Part shown: piece by piece, positions 31,883 through 43,861 of the stretch
Layout: the number at the start of each line of letters is the position of its first letter
Position numbering within the stretch: position 1 is the stretch's first letter
NCBI GenBank assembly: GCA_963711565.1
Contig: CAVQEQ010000001.1
Location: forward strand, 768,001-832,000
Source of the DNA: an uncultured delta proteobacterium
GTDB lineage: Bacteria > Desulfobacterota > Binatia > Binatales > Binataceae
DNA length: 64,000 bases
Reading direction: 5' to 3'
The notes under the pieces: model-generated
The model's input: the letters and a program-made list of their open reading frames with translations, nothing else
What the model was told of the DNA's origin: nothing
Databases searched by the model: none
Made by a program: the position numbers and the translations under genes

Positions 31883-34800
31883 CTACTGCTGCTTGCTATC
31901 CGGTCGCGGCTCACCGGGCGAGCGCGGCTTCTCTTCAATAGGGTTATTCATTCGGCCATCTAAGTCGTCAAGGAGCGCCTTCGCGTTTTTCAGGTCGGCG
32001 GTGTCGAAGCCCTCGGTGAACCAATCGTGAATCTCGGCGAGTATCGTGCGAGCCTGGTCGCGCCTGCCCTGTTGCGCAAGCAAACGTGCGAGGCTCGTCG
32101 TTGCGCGCAACTCAAACCACTTCGCGCCTTGTCGTGTTGCCAGAGCGACTGCGCGCCTTATGCATTGCTCAGCCTCCGCGGCATTTTCCGCTCCCATCAG
32201 GATCAGAGTTTCGCCCGCCACTCGCTCGATCTCGGATTCCGCGTAGTGCTCGCCTGTTCGCGACGAGTGATCGCGGCCGGCGGCAACTGCATCGATCGCT
32301 TCCTGGTAGCGGCCAGCCCTCAGGCAGGCCTCGGCAAGAATTGAACTAACGACCGTAGTGAATAGCGGATTAGCCCAGTTCGCGATGCCGTCGCGAATCA
32401 TCTCGACTCCCCGCTCATGTTCTCCCTGCATGCTGGTGACCCAGCCCTGGTAGATGCGATTCAGCCCGGAAAATGCCGTAAAGCCACCTTCCTCGGACAC
32501 TGCCTCAAGCTGTTCGCACACGTGCTGAGTGGCAAGTACTTCGCCCCGCGCGGCGCATATCCAGGTCTGGTGAAACAACACATATCCCAGTGAAAACGGC
32601 TGCTTGAGCTCGCGACACCGCTTAATCGCGGACTCAAACAAATTGATAGCGCGGTCAGGATAACCTACGATGCAGTTGCTGAGCCCCGAAAAAGAGAGTG
32701 TGGCTGCTTGTGGATCGCTCCCGTCAAAACTGATTCGTCCGGCGCCATCGGGGCAGAGCGCGACCGCCTGATTGAATGCAGTCAAAGCATCGCCGAGCTC
32801 GCCTCTGAAATACCGGGTCAATCCTTGCAGGAAGAACGCATTGGCAAGATCGCCGGGGTTCCCGCGGCGCTCGGCCAGTTCGATCATTTGTCGAGCCAGT
32901 TCCGCTCCTTCCCTGTAACGGGCGGCTATGTGGTGATCGAGCCACATCCCTTGCAACGCCGTAAAAAGCGCCACATCATCACCCGATTCGCGCGCGAGTT
33001 CGAGCATTCGCTGACATCCCAGCGTCGTCTGCGGCGAGCCCCATCCTTCGATGGCGATCGCGCCGCGCACCAGCGTGGAAAGCAGATCGAACTCCAGCCG
33101 GCCGCGTTCTGCGGTCGCCGCCAACGTAGGAACAATTGCGAGGCCGGCGCGAGCATAGGCCAGGGCCTCGCCCAATGCGGAACGTGACGCCGCCTGTTGC
33201 GCCGCCCGGCCGAGGTATTCGACCGCCTTTTCGAGATTGTTGCCACGGCCAAAATGATGCGCGAGCTCGGCCAGATGGTCGTCGAGCGAAGTTGCGTAGA
33301 GAGCTTCGAGTGCCGCGCCTATTCGGTCGTGCAATTGCTTGCGCCGTTCCATCAACACTGAGTTGTAGGCGACTTCCTGCGTCAGCGAGTGTTTGAAGGT
33401 GTATTCCGCGTCGCCCACGGCCGGCTGCTCGTAGATGAACTCGCTCAGTTGCAAGTCATTGAGCAGCCGATTGAGTTCGTCGTCAGAGTGTCCAACAGCC
33501 GCACGCACCAGAGACAGCGTAAATTCCCGCCCGATAACCGCCAAGGTCTGCAGCAGGTCCTTGGCGTCTGGCGGCAAGCGGTCAATGCGCGAGGCGAGAA
33601 TGGCCTGCACGGTCGGGGGAATCTTCAACTCTGCCAGTGGCCGCGTAAGCTTTACGGTGCCGTTGCGCACCAATGAACCCTCGTCCAGCAGCACCTGCAC
33701 CGTTTCTTCAATGAAGAAGGGCGTACCTTCGGTCCGGTCTATGATGATGCGTTTGAGCGGTGCCAGTTCGTCGCCGTCGCCCAGCATGTAGGAGAGCATT
33801 TCCCCGGCGCTCGCCTTGCCCAACGGATCGAGCCGCAAGTACGTGTAATGCGCCTTGCCGCTCCATTGATGGAAGTATTCGGGGCGGTAGTTCACTATCA
33901 TCAGGATCTTCGCGGCCCCGATCGAATCGGCGATCAGGTCAAAAAGCTTCTGGGTCTCTCCGTCAATCCACTGGAGATCCTCGAAGATCATCATCAGCGG
34001 CTGGTTGAGCGATTCGCGCAGCAACAACCGCTTGATCGCGTTCAGCGTTCGCTGCTTGCGCACTTGCGCGTCCATTTGCGCGTGCGGATCGTCACCTTCG
34101 ACGATGCCCAGCAAGCCGAACAGGTAGGGAAGAATGTCCTCAAGACTGCTCTCCAGCGCGATGACTCGTCCGGTCACTTTCTCGCGCCTGGTACGATGGT
34201 CATCTTCACTCGTAATCCCGAAATAGTTCCAGAGCAGATCGAGCACCGGCAGATAGGCGCTGGCCTTGCCGTGCGAGACCGAGAACGTCTCCAGCACCAT
34301 AAAGCCCGATTGTGAGGTCAGCTTAAATTCATGGAACAGCCGCGACTTGCCGACCCCTGCCTCCGCCATCACCGAGACAATCTGTCCGTGCCCGGCGCGC
34401 GCCGCTTCGGCCGCGTGCTGGAGGGCGCTCAATTCCTTTTGCCGGCCAACAAACCTGGTGTACCCGCGATTAGCGGAGCGTTGTAGCCGGGTGCGAATCG
34501 GGCCCAGCCCGGTCACCTCGTAAACATTGACCGGCTGGCTGACGCCTTTAATCCGCGCCGGGCCAAGCGGCTTCAGCGTGAAGTAGCCCTCGACCAGCTT
34601 GCGCACTGGTTCGCTGATCGCGATTGAACCGGGGGCCGCCAGCGACTGCAGGCGCGAGGCCAGACTGGTCGAATGGCCGATCGGCGTGTACTCGCTGCGA
34701 CTCTCATCAGTCTTGATTGTGCGGACCACCACCTCGCCAGTGTTGACTCCGACTCGGATTATAACCGGCGCCCGCCCGTGTTTGCGCAACTCGTCTGAGT

Positions 34801-35314
34801 AACGTCTGAGGTCTTCCTGCATCCGCAGCGCGGCGTACAGCGCCCGCTGCGCATGGTCTTCGTACGCGACCGGTGCGCCGAACAATGCGAAGATCCCGTC
34901 TCCAGTGGACTGCGCGACGTACCCGTCGTAGCGATGGACCGCGTCCATCATCAGCGCGAGGGCGGGATCGACGATCGCGCGCGCGTCCTCGGGATCGAGA
35001 TCCTCGATCAGTTCCATTGACCCTTTGATGTCGGCGAAAAGCGGCGAGACGGTCTTGCGTTCCCCCTCGAGAATTGCGGCATCCTGTTCCCGGCCAAGAC
35101 GCAGCGAAGAAACGGGAGATAAGGGCCCAACGGAGCTGACGCTTCTTGTTTTGGCTGGTGCAGCCGAGAGCGTCGTACCGCAGGCGCCGCAGAACTTGTT
35201 GTCGGGCGGGTTCTTATCTCCGCACTTCGGACAACGAGCGGCAAGCTTCGCGCCGCACTTACCGCAGAACTTCTTGTCCTCAGGATTTTCGCACTTGCAG
35301 GCCAGACAAAGCAT
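31883..35314 (-). CDS. Double zinc ribbon - class III adenylate/guanylate cyclase - AAA ATPase - TPR protein
   Basis: CxxC repeats KFCGKCG; GERKTV..LFADIKGS, TGDG..ALFGAP, RVGVNTG; EAGVGKSRL, FEDLQWID, GTPFFIEE; C-terminal ELRATTSLARL...FTEGFDTADL. Confidence 0.93.
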   Translation of the reverse strand: MLCLACKCENPEDKKFCGKCGAKLAARCPKCGDKNPPDNKFCGACGTTLSAAPAKTRSVSSVGPLSPVSSLRLGREQDAAILEGERKTVSPLFADIKGSMELIEDLDPEDARAIVDPALALMMDAVHRYDGYVAQSTGDGIFALFGAPVAYEDHAQRALYAALRMQEDLRRYSDELRKHGRAPVIIRVGVNTGEVVVRTIKTDESRSEYTPIGHSTSLASRLQSLAAPGSIAISEPVRKLVEGYFTLKPLGPARIKGVSQPVNVYEVTGLGPIRTRLQRSANRGYTRFVGRQKELSALQHAAEAARAGHGQIVSVMAEAGVGKSRLFHEFKLTSQSGFMVLETFSVSHGKASAYLPVLDLLWNYFGITSEDDHRTRREKVTGRVIALESSLEDILPYLFGLLGIVEGDDPHAQMDAQVRKQRTLNAIKRLLLRESLNQPLMMIFEDLQWIDGETQKLFDLIADSIGAAKILMIVNYRPEYFHQWSGKAHYTYLRLDPLGKASAGEMLSYMLGDGDELAPLKRIIIDRTEGTPFFIEETVQVLLDEGSLVRNGTVKLTRPLAELKIPPTVQAILASRIDRLPPDAKDLLQTLAVIGREFTLSLVRAAVGHSDDELNRLLNDLQLSEFIYEQPAVGDAEYTFKHSLTQEVAYNSVLMERRKQLHDRIGAALEALYATSLDDHLAELAHHFGRGNNLEKAVEYLGRAAQQAASRSALGEALAYARAGLAIVPTLAATAERGRLEFDLLSTLVRGAIAIEGWGSPQTTLGCQRMLELARESGDDVALFTALQGMWLDHHIAARYREGAELARQMIELAERRGNPGDLANAFFLQGLTRYFRGELGDALTAFNQAVALCPDGAGRISFDGSDPQAATLSFSGLSNCIVGYPDRAINLFESAIKRCRELKQPFSLGYVLFHQTWICAARGEVLATQHVCEQLEAVSEEGGFTAFSGLNRIYQGWVTSMQGEHERGVEMIRDGIANWANPLFTTVVSSILAEACLRAGRYQEAIDAVAAGRDHSSRTGEHYAESEIERVAGETLILMGAENAAEAEQCIRRAVALATRQGAKWFELRATTSLARLLAQQGRRDQARTILAEIHDWFTEGFDTADLKNAKALLDDLDGRMNNPIEEKPRSPGEPRPDSKQQ

Positions 35315-35604
35315 TACTGATGCTTTCGCGTCCGAATCGTGTTGATAGAACTAAATAAACACGAGTAGTAACTAAGTAAGCGCTAGTAAAATTAACAAAT
35401 GAGCGCAAACTGTGTCAAGGTGTAGATATGGTTGGAGTTTTGCGCCGACCGCCTTATCGTGACTGGCATGATTGCGATCCTGTTGCCGATGGTTTCTCTG
35501 GCTTCCTCGCGGCGTGATCGATCGGCTCAGCAGACGGTTGGCAACAAGAACGCTCCATGGTCTCGTACGCTGTTAGAAAGCACCTCTGCGTGCAAAGGTA
35601 ACTT

Positions 35605-36603
35605 ATGGCAGATTCTGTCGCGGGCCATCGCGAGATAGCCGTCATGACCCTGAATGTCTACTTCGGGACAGACCTGGGGCCACTGTTCGGCGCTAAAGAT
35701 CTGCCGGAGTTGATCGAGGCGGTCGCAAAAGCGTGGGCCGAGGTTCTCGCGACTGACATTCCTGCACGGGCCGCGAGCATCGCGGGTGAGATCGCGGCAT
35801 CCAAGCCAGACCTCGTGGGCCTGCAAGAGGTCGTACAGTGGTCCACCGGAACGGCTGGCGCGATGTCTCCCAGGTTAGATTTTCTGCTGCTGATTCTTGA
35901 AGCGCTGCGTAACGAGGGGTGCTTTTACGCCCCGATCGCAATCAGGAAGGATCTCGATCAGGCCGGGCCTTTGGACATGAGCGGAAATTTCGTACGATTG
36001 GAGGATCGTCACGCGGTGCTCATCAGGGTCGAGCCGCTGCCCACACAAGTGCGGCCGTACAACATCCAGGCGGAAACTTTCTCGAAGCTCTTTGGAATCA
36101 CGAGCCCAATCATGGGATCGCTGGCAATCCCGCGTAGCTGGATTGCTGTTAACGCAATGCTGGGTGACAAGAAATTCCGCCTCGTCGAAACTCACATCGA
36201 ATCGCTGGATGAGGTTGTGCAGTTGGCGCAGGAAAGGGAACTGGTCGCCGCGCTGGCAAACATCGAGTCACCAATCATCGTGATGGGGGATTTCAATTCG
36301 AACGGAAATCAAGAACCCGGTGTGCCGGACAATACCGCGACTTACCCTGAAATGATCGCCACGGGTTTCAAGGACGCCTGGGGCGCGGTGAATCCCTGCG
36401 ATCCCGGCAATACCTGTTGCCATACGGCTGACCTGCGCAATCCCGCCCTGGAACACAACAGGCGGCTCGACCTAATCCTCACGCGCGGCGCAATTACGCC
36501 GCTGTCGGCGAGGCTGGTTGCAGCGGAACCCGCCGCTCGCACCGCCTCGGGAGTGTGGCCCACGGACCATGCGGGCCTGCTGGTGAAACTGCGATTCGAC
36601 TAG
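35605..36603 (+). CDS. Endonuclease/exonuclease/phosphatase family protein
   Basis: VMTLN, PDLVGLQEV, THIE, GDFNS, RLDLIL, WPTDH. Confidence 0.88.
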   Translation: MADSVAGHREIAVMTLNVYFGTDLGPLFGAKDLPELIEAVAKAWAEVLATDIPARAASIAGEIAASKPDLVGLQEVVQWSTGTAGAMSPRLDFLLLILEALRNEGCFYAPIAIRKDLDQAGPLDMSGNFVRLEDRHAVLIRVEPLPTQVRPYNIQAETFSKLFGITSPIMGSLAIPRSWIAVNAMLGDKKFRLVETHIESLDEVVQLAQERELVAALANIESPIIVMGDFNSNGNQEPGVPDNTATYPEMIATGFKDAWGAVNPCDPGNTCCHTADLRNPALEHNRRLDLILTRGAITPLSARLVAAEPAARTASGVWPTDHAGLLVKLRFD

Positions 36604-36867
36604 GACCGTGCGTCAAGCCAACTTGACCGGAGCGGCGGCACTCTCCTCGCTTTGCTCATCTTTGGAACTCCCTCCCAGGTTCTGGATCAACTTTGACGTA
36701 TCATGATTAGTCAAAGCGCCCTTCCCATACCTGGAGAATGAATTTAGGACCGGAATTCGTCTAATGAAGGTTTTCTCTACTATTAGTTTTGTTTAAGAAT
36801 GGCACCATGATTTAGCAATGATACCGCACTGATTAAACAAGATGACCGGTTTACACTAAAACATCAG

Positions 36868-36897
36868 TTGACATTATTACAGCTATCTCACTACTCT
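36868..36897 (+). promoter_or_regulatory. Possible sigma70 promoter in AT-rich spacer upstream of the RND operon
   Basis: TTGACA-N18-TACTCT within an AT-rich intergenic region (~36700-36960). Confidence 0.3.
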
Positions 36898-37139
36898 TTC
36901 GCTTGGCTTACACTAGATATACGTTAATATTATTGCGAAAGAGCTTCAAAGTAGGGCTATCGTTTTCTCACGTCGAGATAATCCACCATGGCGCAGTCTG
37001 GCACCGTCGCGCTTTTGTTCCCTGATCTGGTCAACCCGACAACGCCCTTGCAGCAGGCCGGCGATGCCGAGAGCTTCGACTTTATGGCCGGATGGATCAG
37101 GCGCGCCGAGCCATCTGACGCGATCCATGCGAGTCAATA

Positions 37140-38270
37140 ATGCTGCAGCGGCTGTTGAAGTTGATTTTGCTTGCGGCCTTTGCGATCGGTGCGTACGGAT
37201 GTGCTCCAGACGACCCGCCCGCGCCTCCGCGCATCGCGGTCACCGTTCTCACCGTCAGCCCGGGTGAGGCTGCGGCAGGCTCGGAAGCCTACACTGCGAG
37301 CCTCCAACCCTATCAGCAAGTTTCCGTGGCCTTTCAGGTAAGCGGTTACGTCAACTCGATCAAGCAGGTCACCGGTGCCGACGGGCGCATGCGCGAGATC
37401 CAGGGAGGCGACCTCGTCAAAGCCCACGAGCTGCTCGCGACGGCCACCTCCGACACCTACCAGGACCTGGTTAGCCAGTCCGCGTCGGCCCTTGCAAGCG
37501 CGCAAGCTTCGTATGTGAGAGCCAAGCAGGACTTCGATCGCGACTCGACACTACTGAAGCAGCAGGTCATCGCGCAGGCCACCTACGATCAAGCGTCGCA
37601 GGTTTATCAGTCGGCGGGTTCGCAGGTCGAAGAGTCTCAAGCTGCCCTTCGGCAGGCGCAGGTCAAGCTCAACTACTGCAAACTCACTTCGCCGATGGAC
37701 GGTGTCGTGCTTGATCGCCACATCGAAGTTGGCTCGCTGGTTGAACCGGCCACGGTCGCCCTTGAGGTCGCCGACCTGAGCGACATGAAGGCGGTTTTCG
37801 GCGTCTCCGACATGGAGGTCGGAGAGCTGAAGCAAGGCAGCTCGCAAACGCTCAGCGCTGAAGCGCTGCCGGGTGTTCCTTTGATAGGCAAGATCACCAG
37901 CGTCGCCCCGAATGCCGACCTCACCACGCGCACCTTCGATGTCGAGGTCACCGTACCCAACAAGGACGGCAAGCTGCGCTCCGGCATGATCGCTTCGCTG
38001 CAGATTGCCGCAACGGGAACGCCTGCCGTCTCATCGGCGACGTTGCCGCTCAACGCAATCGTTCGGCCGCCCAACGATCGCAACAATTTCGCTGTCTATG
38101 TTGTCGAAGACCACGACGGCAAGTCTTTCGCGCGGCTGCGCAGGGTTGACCTCGGCGAAATCGTGGGCAACGAAATCACGGTTTCCAAGGGGGTTAATAT
38201 TGGCGACCGCGTCATCATGCGCGGCGCGACGATGGTGTCGGAAGGCGCCGAGGTCAGGGTCATGCCCTGA
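37140..38270 (+). CDS. RND efflux periplasmic adaptor (lipoprotein)
   Basis: AYGC lipobox, VAFQVSGYV, LTSPMDGVV, AD.TTRTF.VEV, LRSGM. Confidence 0.9.
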   Translation: MLQRLLKLILLAAFAIGAYGCAPDDPPAPPRIAVTVLTVSPGEAAAGSEAYTASLQPYQQVSVAFQVSGYVNSIKQVTGADGRMREIQGGDLVKAHELLATATSDTYQDLVSQSASALASAQASYVRAKQDFDRDSTLLKQQVIAQATYDQASQVYQSAGSQVEESQAALRQAQVKLNYCKLTSPMDGVVLDRHIEVGSLVEPATVALEVADLSDMKAVFGVSDMEVGELKQGSSQTLSAEALPGVPLIGKITSVAPNADLTTRTFDVEVTVPNKDGKLRSGMIASLQIAATGTPAVSSATLPLNAIVRPPNDRNNFAVYVVEDHDGKSFARLRRVDLGEIVGNEITVSKGVNIGDRVIMRGATMVSEGAEVRVMP

Positions 38271-41200
38271 TGGCACATCGCAGCGACGACGAGATAATCC
38301 GGACTACTCACAATCTCGCGCGTTTCTGCGTCGAGAATCGCGCTATTTCCTGGGTGTTGCTGGTCGGTGTCCTCGTGTGGGGTGTTTTCGGCTACGCGCG
38401 GATGCCCAAGCGCAAGGACCCGGACGTTCCAGTGCGCGAGGCAGTAGCGATTTGCCCTTGGCCCGGCGTCAATGCGCAGCAAGTCGAGCAGATGGTGACG
38501 CGGAAAATCGAGGCCACGATTGCGCAGAATTCATTCATCCATCCGGCTGGCGCCAGCACCAACTATGGCATTCGATCGGTCACACTCGACGGCGTCGCCA
38601 TCGTCTACATTCAACTCGATGAAAAACTCGCCGACGCCGCAAAGCAATTTAACGACATAAACCTCAAACTCAACAGCATCGACGACCTCCCAAGCGGCAC
38701 GGCCCGATCGAGTTTCAGAGCGATTTCGGCGATACCGCCGCGCTGATGCTGACGGTCGCGAGCCCCAGGGAAGGTGAGGTCCAACTCGCACTCAGGGCAC
38801 GCGCGATCCGCGCGGCCATCGAGCGGACGCGCGAGACTGCTCGCGCCGGCTCGAAGACGAACAGAGTTTCGCTGGTAACGCTGTATCCGCATTCGATCGG
38901 AACGGACAACGTGGTACGAGCGCGCGATGGGCTCGCGCAATATCTGAGCGCCCACAACATCGTTCGCGATCTGCGGACGTTCGGCGGCAGTGGTTTCGTC
39001 GGAATTGACGGAGTCGTCGGAGCCGGCTCCGATCTGCCCGCGATCGCGGGCAAGTTTATCGCCGATCATGTAGGTACTTCCGTGTTCCCGGCGGTGCACC
39101 CCGATGCGTGGCCCCCAGTGCTCATTCGGAATTCCGCGGATACCGAATCGGTGCTGATGGCTTCGGCCGGCGACAAATACACCTATCGCGAACTCGACCG
39201 CTACACCGATTTGATCCAGAGGGCGCTTGAAACGCTGCCCAATGTCGAAAAGATCTCGCGCTCCGGCGTTCTGCCGCAGTGGGTGCAACTCGCTTACTCA
39301 CAGAAGCGCCTCGCGTCATATGGAGTCACCCCGTCGCGTCTTTCGCAGATTATTGCCGACCGCAATATCACGCGCTCGGGTGGGATGATCAATGCGGAAG
39401 GCACCGACGTCACGGTGCATCCGACGGGCGAATTCACCAGCGCGCCCGAGATCGGCGACGTGATCGTCCAGCAGTCGCTTTCGGGAGTCCCGCTCTACTT
39501 GCGCGATCTCGTAAACGTCCTGCCGGGCTATGAGAATCCGCCGAGGCTGCTGAACTTCTATACCTGGCGCGACAGCGATGGACGCTGGAATCGGAGCCGC
39601 GCCGTTACGCTGGCAATCTTCATGCGGCCTGGCCAACAAATCGGCGAGTTCGGTCTGTCGATTGATCGATCGCTGGAAGCGCTGAGAAGCCGTCTTCCCG
39701 AAGATCTAATCATGGCGCGGACGTCGGACCAGCCGCGCCAGGTTCGCGAAAACCTCGACCTCCTGATGACCGCTTTGTACGAGGCGATCGTCCTCGTCGT
39801 CCTGGTCGCGTGGCTGGGGTTTTGGGAGTGGCGCTCGGCGCTGCTAATAGCGTTGTCGATTCCTATCACGCTCGCGATGACGTTCGGCATGATGTACGTA
39901 CTGGGAATCGATTTGCAGCAGGTATCGATCGCAACGCTCATCATCGCGCTGGGACTGCTGGTCGACGATCCGGTCGTTGCCGGCGACGCGATCAAGCACG
40001 AGCTCGGGATGGGACGTCCCTCGACCGTCGCCGCCTGGCTCGGGCCGACCAAGCTCGCGCGCGCAATCCTGTTCGCGACCATCACTAATATCGTCGCCTA
40101 TCTGCCGTTTCTGATGATCAGCGGCGACACCGGGGAATTTCTCTACAGCCTGCCGATCGTTATGACCTGCGCGCTTGTCGCGTCGCGCATCGTGTCGATG
40201 ACGTTCATCCCGCAGCTCGGCTATTACCTCATGCGCCCCGGCAAACCGCTGCCGCCGATTGAGTATCGGCGCACGCACGGCGTGACCGGCGTGTATTACA
40301 AGCTCGGCCACTATGCGCTCGAACATCGCAAAGTGTTTGTCGCGTGCTCGTTTCTCTTTCTTGGCGGCGGCGTGTTGATCGGCACGCATCTGCGCAGCGC
40401 ATTCTTTCCCGAGGATGTTCAGTACCTCGCCTATATCAACGTCTGGCTGCGCAATGGCGCGGCGATCTCCGATACCAACATGATTGCCGACGAGGCCGAG
40501 GCGGTCGTCCGCCACGCAGCCGCGAATTATGGCCGCGAGCATCCTGGCAGAGACGGCAAGCCGCGCGAGATTCTGAAATCCGTCACGAGCTTCGTCGGTG
40601 GCGGCGGTCCGCGATTCTGGTTCTCTGCCGCGTCGGAAGCGGAGCAGAGCAACTATGCGCAGCTCATCATCGAAATTTACGACAAGGAAGACATGCCCAA
40701 GCTGGTCGGACCGCTGCAAACGGCCTTGTCGGACTCGGTGCCCGGAGCGTACCTCGACGTGCGGCAATTGCTGACCAATCCGGTCCAGAATCCGATCGAA
40801 GTTCACGTGCAGGGTCAGGAGGACCTCGACCCGGCAGAGGAAGATGCGGAGATCGATACGCTGCGCCGCACTGCGGATCAGGTCGAGGACGTCCTGCGTG
40901 CCACTCCCGGCGCCTTGCGTGTTCGCACCGACTGGATGGAGGAAAGTCCAATCGTCAAGCTTCCCATCAACGCTGACCGCGCGAACCTGGCAGGTGTCAG
41001 CAATGCCAACGTCGCGCGCTCTGCGGCAGGCGGGCTCAGTGGATGGCAGGTTGGTTCGCTGCTCGACGGCGATCTTCAAATTCCGATTGTCGCGCGCCTC
41101 AGACAGGAGGAGCGCGCGCAACTCGCCGACGTAAGCAACCTCTACGTTTATGCCACATCGGGACCTGGCCGGGTGCCGATCGATTCGCTCGTGCCGATGG

Positions 41201-41922
41201 TATTTCAGATGAGTCAGGAGCGGATCGTGCGGCGCGACCACTTTCGCACCATGACCGTGACCGCGTTTCCAGCGCCCGGCGTGCTGCCGTCGGAGGTTTT
41301 GTCAAAGGCCCTTCCCAAAATCGACGCGCTTCGCACCGAGCTTTCCCCCGGATATCGAATTCTGATCGGCGGCGAACAGGCCAGTCAGGACCAGGCCTTC
41401 GGCGAACTGACGATCGTACTCGGAACCTCGGTCACAATGATCTTCATCGCGCTCGTGTTGCAGTTCGACAATCTGATCAAACCCTGGCTGGTGTTTACCG
41501 CCGTTCCTTACGGCGTCGTCGGAGCGCTGGCCGCGCTATGGCTGACCGGGACGCCGTTCGGCTTCATGGCGTTTCTCGGCGTCGCGAGCCTGGTCGGCGT
41601 AATCGTGAGCCATGTGATCGTGCTCTTCGAGTTCATCGAGGAGCGCCAGGAACTCGGAGAGGAATTGATCCAGGGATTGCTCGATGCCGGGATCGAGCGG
41701 CTGCGTCCCGTGATGGTGACGGTGGGCGCGACTCTGCTGGCGCTGTTTCCACTCGCGTTGCATGGCGGCCCGCTGTGGCGGCCCCTGTGCTTCGCGCAGA
41801 TCGGCGGCCTGAGTCTCGCCACCGTGATCGAGCTGGTGTTGGTGAAGTCCTTCTACGCAATTTTCGTGGCCGATCTCGGAATCCTTAAGTGGGGTCCGCG
41901 TCCCGTCGCACATCCCGAGTGA
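38270..41922 (+). pseudogene. RND (AcrB/AcrF-like) permease with a single -1 frameshift near 38700
   Basis: ORF1 MPKRKDP...DDLPSG joins the ORF2 frame GPIEFQSDFGDTAALMLT if one base is added; IALGLLVDD, RLRPV.VT. Confidence 0.8.
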
Positions 41923-41931
41923 GAATATATT

Positions 41932-43713
41932 TTGTTGAACGGACTGGATTCAAAATTTGAGATTACGATAGAAGAGCCGAAAAGCCTGGTCGAGAAACTC
42001 GCCGGCCTGCCTCTGCTTGAGAGCGTAGAGGCTCATCTCCTGGACGCGATCTCAGAGGAGTTCGAGTGGTTCAGCCTGCCGGGCGGCCAGCTACTCTTCA
42101 GCCAGGGCGATACCGACGATTCGCTGTACGTGGTTCTGTCTGGCCGCCTCGGCGCTTTTCTACACGGCGACGACGGTAAGGAAATACTCATTCGGCAGAT
42201 GACGGCCGGCGAAACGGTGGGCGAGATGGCGCTGCTGTCGGGCGAGCCGCGTTCAGCCACGGTGGTGGCGCTGCGCGATACTGAGCTTGCGCGGCTCTCC
42301 AAGGCTGCCTTTACCAAACTGATTGACGAGCACCCGAAGGCGCTGCGCTTCGTGACCGATTTGCTCGTGCGGCGGCTGCGCCAAGCGCCGCGGCTCGCGC
42401 CCGCGGCCCAAGCGGCCAGGACCGCCGCCATCTTTCCGCTCGATCGCGATCTCGCCGCCAGCGGGTTTGCGCGATCGTTCGCCAAGGCGTTTGAGGAGCT
42501 TGGGCTCAAGGCCTGCGTGATAGACCGCAGCTCGGCTGCGCGGCCGATCGAATGGTTCAACGCGCTGGAAGAAGATCACGACATGGTCCTGTACGAGGCC
42601 GACTTCGAGCCCTCGCAATGGACTCGTCACTGCCTGCGCCAGGCTGATCGGCTGGTCATGCTGGCGGACGCGACGCGCCCTTTGACCGTGATGCCCCCGG
42701 CACTCGACGCTGTGGCGGCCAACCCGCGCCGCGCTCCGATCGAACTGGCGCTCTATTGCCGGCGATCGCTCTCACCGTCACAAACGTTGGCCTTCCTCCA
42801 GCGTTTCGGCGTGACCCATCAGCACCACGTTCGAGAAGGCGTGCCGCGCGATTTGCGGCGATTGGCCCGGATGATCACGGGGCGCGCGATTGGAGTTGTC
42901 TTGTCGGGCGGCGGTGCGCGCGGCCTGGCGCACATCGGCGTGATTCACGCGCTGCGCGAGTCGGGTCTCGAACTGGATCTCTTCGGCGGCGCCAGCATGG
43001 GCTCGATCGTTGGCGCCGGCGCCGCGATCGAATGGAGCGACGAGGAGTTGCACGGTCATATGCGCGAGGCGTTTTTCGACGATAACCCTATTAGCGATTA
43101 CACCGTGCCGATGATTTCGCTGGTGCGTGGACGCAAAACATCCGCCTTCCTGCGCAGTCACTTCGGCAATCGGCAGATCGAGGACATGCCGTGTCCGTAC
43201 TTCTGCGTATCGGCAAATCTCACCACCGGCCAGCTGAAGATTCATCGAACCGGTCCGCTGTGGCTGGCGACGCGTGCGAGCGTCTCGATTCCCGGCGTGC
43301 TGCCGCCCGTAATCGACGGCTCCGACATCCTGGTTGACGGCGGGACATTGAATAATCTGCCGATCGACGTGATGAGCGACATGCGCCGTGGTCCAATCGT
43401 CGCGGTCGATGTCTCAAGCGACTGGGCTTTCAAGGCCACCATCGACGATATCGATCAGCGGCCGCTGCGGCAGCTTCTTACTCACGCGCGAAAGGGTACG
43501 CCCAACATCATTAACATCCTGATGGCCGCCGGAGCCATGAGCAGCCATGCGCAGGTGAGGGCGCTGCGCAACCACGTCGATTTGCTGATCGAGCCGCCGT
43601 TGGCAGAGATCAACATGCTCGATTGGAAAGCGTTCCACAAAACGGTCGATGCCGGCTATCGGCATACGATGGAGATATTGGAAAAGAGAAAGGGCGTGCT
43701 CCTCCCGGCTTAG
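41932..43713 (+). CDS. cNMP-binding patatin-like phospholipase
   Basis: VGEMALLSGEPRSAT; LSGGGARGLAHIG, GASMG, DGG. Confidence 0.92.
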   Translation: MLNGLDSKFEITIEEPKSLVEKLAGLPLLESVEAHLLDAISEEFEWFSLPGGQLLFSQGDTDDSLYVVLSGRLGAFLHGDDGKEILIRQMTAGETVGEMALLSGEPRSATVVALRDTELARLSKAAFTKLIDEHPKALRFVTDLLVRRLRQAPRLAPAAQAARTAAIFPLDRDLAASGFARSFAKAFEELGLKACVIDRSSAARPIEWFNALEEDHDMVLYEADFEPSQWTRHCLRQADRLVMLADATRPLTVMPPALDAVAANPRRAPIELALYCRRSLSPSQTLAFLQRFGVTHQHHVREGVPRDLRRLARMITGRAIGVVLSGGGARGLAHIGVIHALRESGLELDLFGGASMGSIVGAGAAIEWSDEELHGHMREAFFDDNPISDYTVPMISLVRGRKTSAFLRSHFGNRQIEDMPCPYFCVSANLTTGQLKIHRTGPLWLATRASVSIPGVLPPVIDGSDILVDGGTLNNLPIDVMSDMRRGPIVAVDVSSDWAFKATIDDIDQRPLRQLLTHARKGTPNIINILMAAGAMSSHAQVRALRNHVDLLIEPPLAEINMLDWKAFHKTVDAGYRHTMEILEKRKGVLLPA

Positions 43714-43744
43714 AATCAGATGCCATCAAAGTGTGAATCTGCAA

Positions 43745-43858
43745 TGGCGCAGTCCGCCACCGTCATCGACTGCCGCCGGCGGGCGTTGTCGTACTGGTAG
43801 CCGACCTCGCCCTGCGCGGTCTGCTCGTCCGTGAGGTCGTCCAGAGCGTCGTATTGAC
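43745..43858 (-). pseudogene. Rhs core fragment terminating the left array
   Basis: Matches the QYD.LDDLTDEQTAQGEVGY.YDNARR segment of the cores. Confidence 0.7.
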
Positions 43859-43861
43859 GTG

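Noticed and set aside
169-43713. Single cAMP circuit linking the encapsulin cNMP domain, the cyclases and the patatin (CBASS-like)
   Set aside because: The genes are tens of kb apart in unrelated operons, one cyclase is a pseudogene, and there is no CD-NTase.
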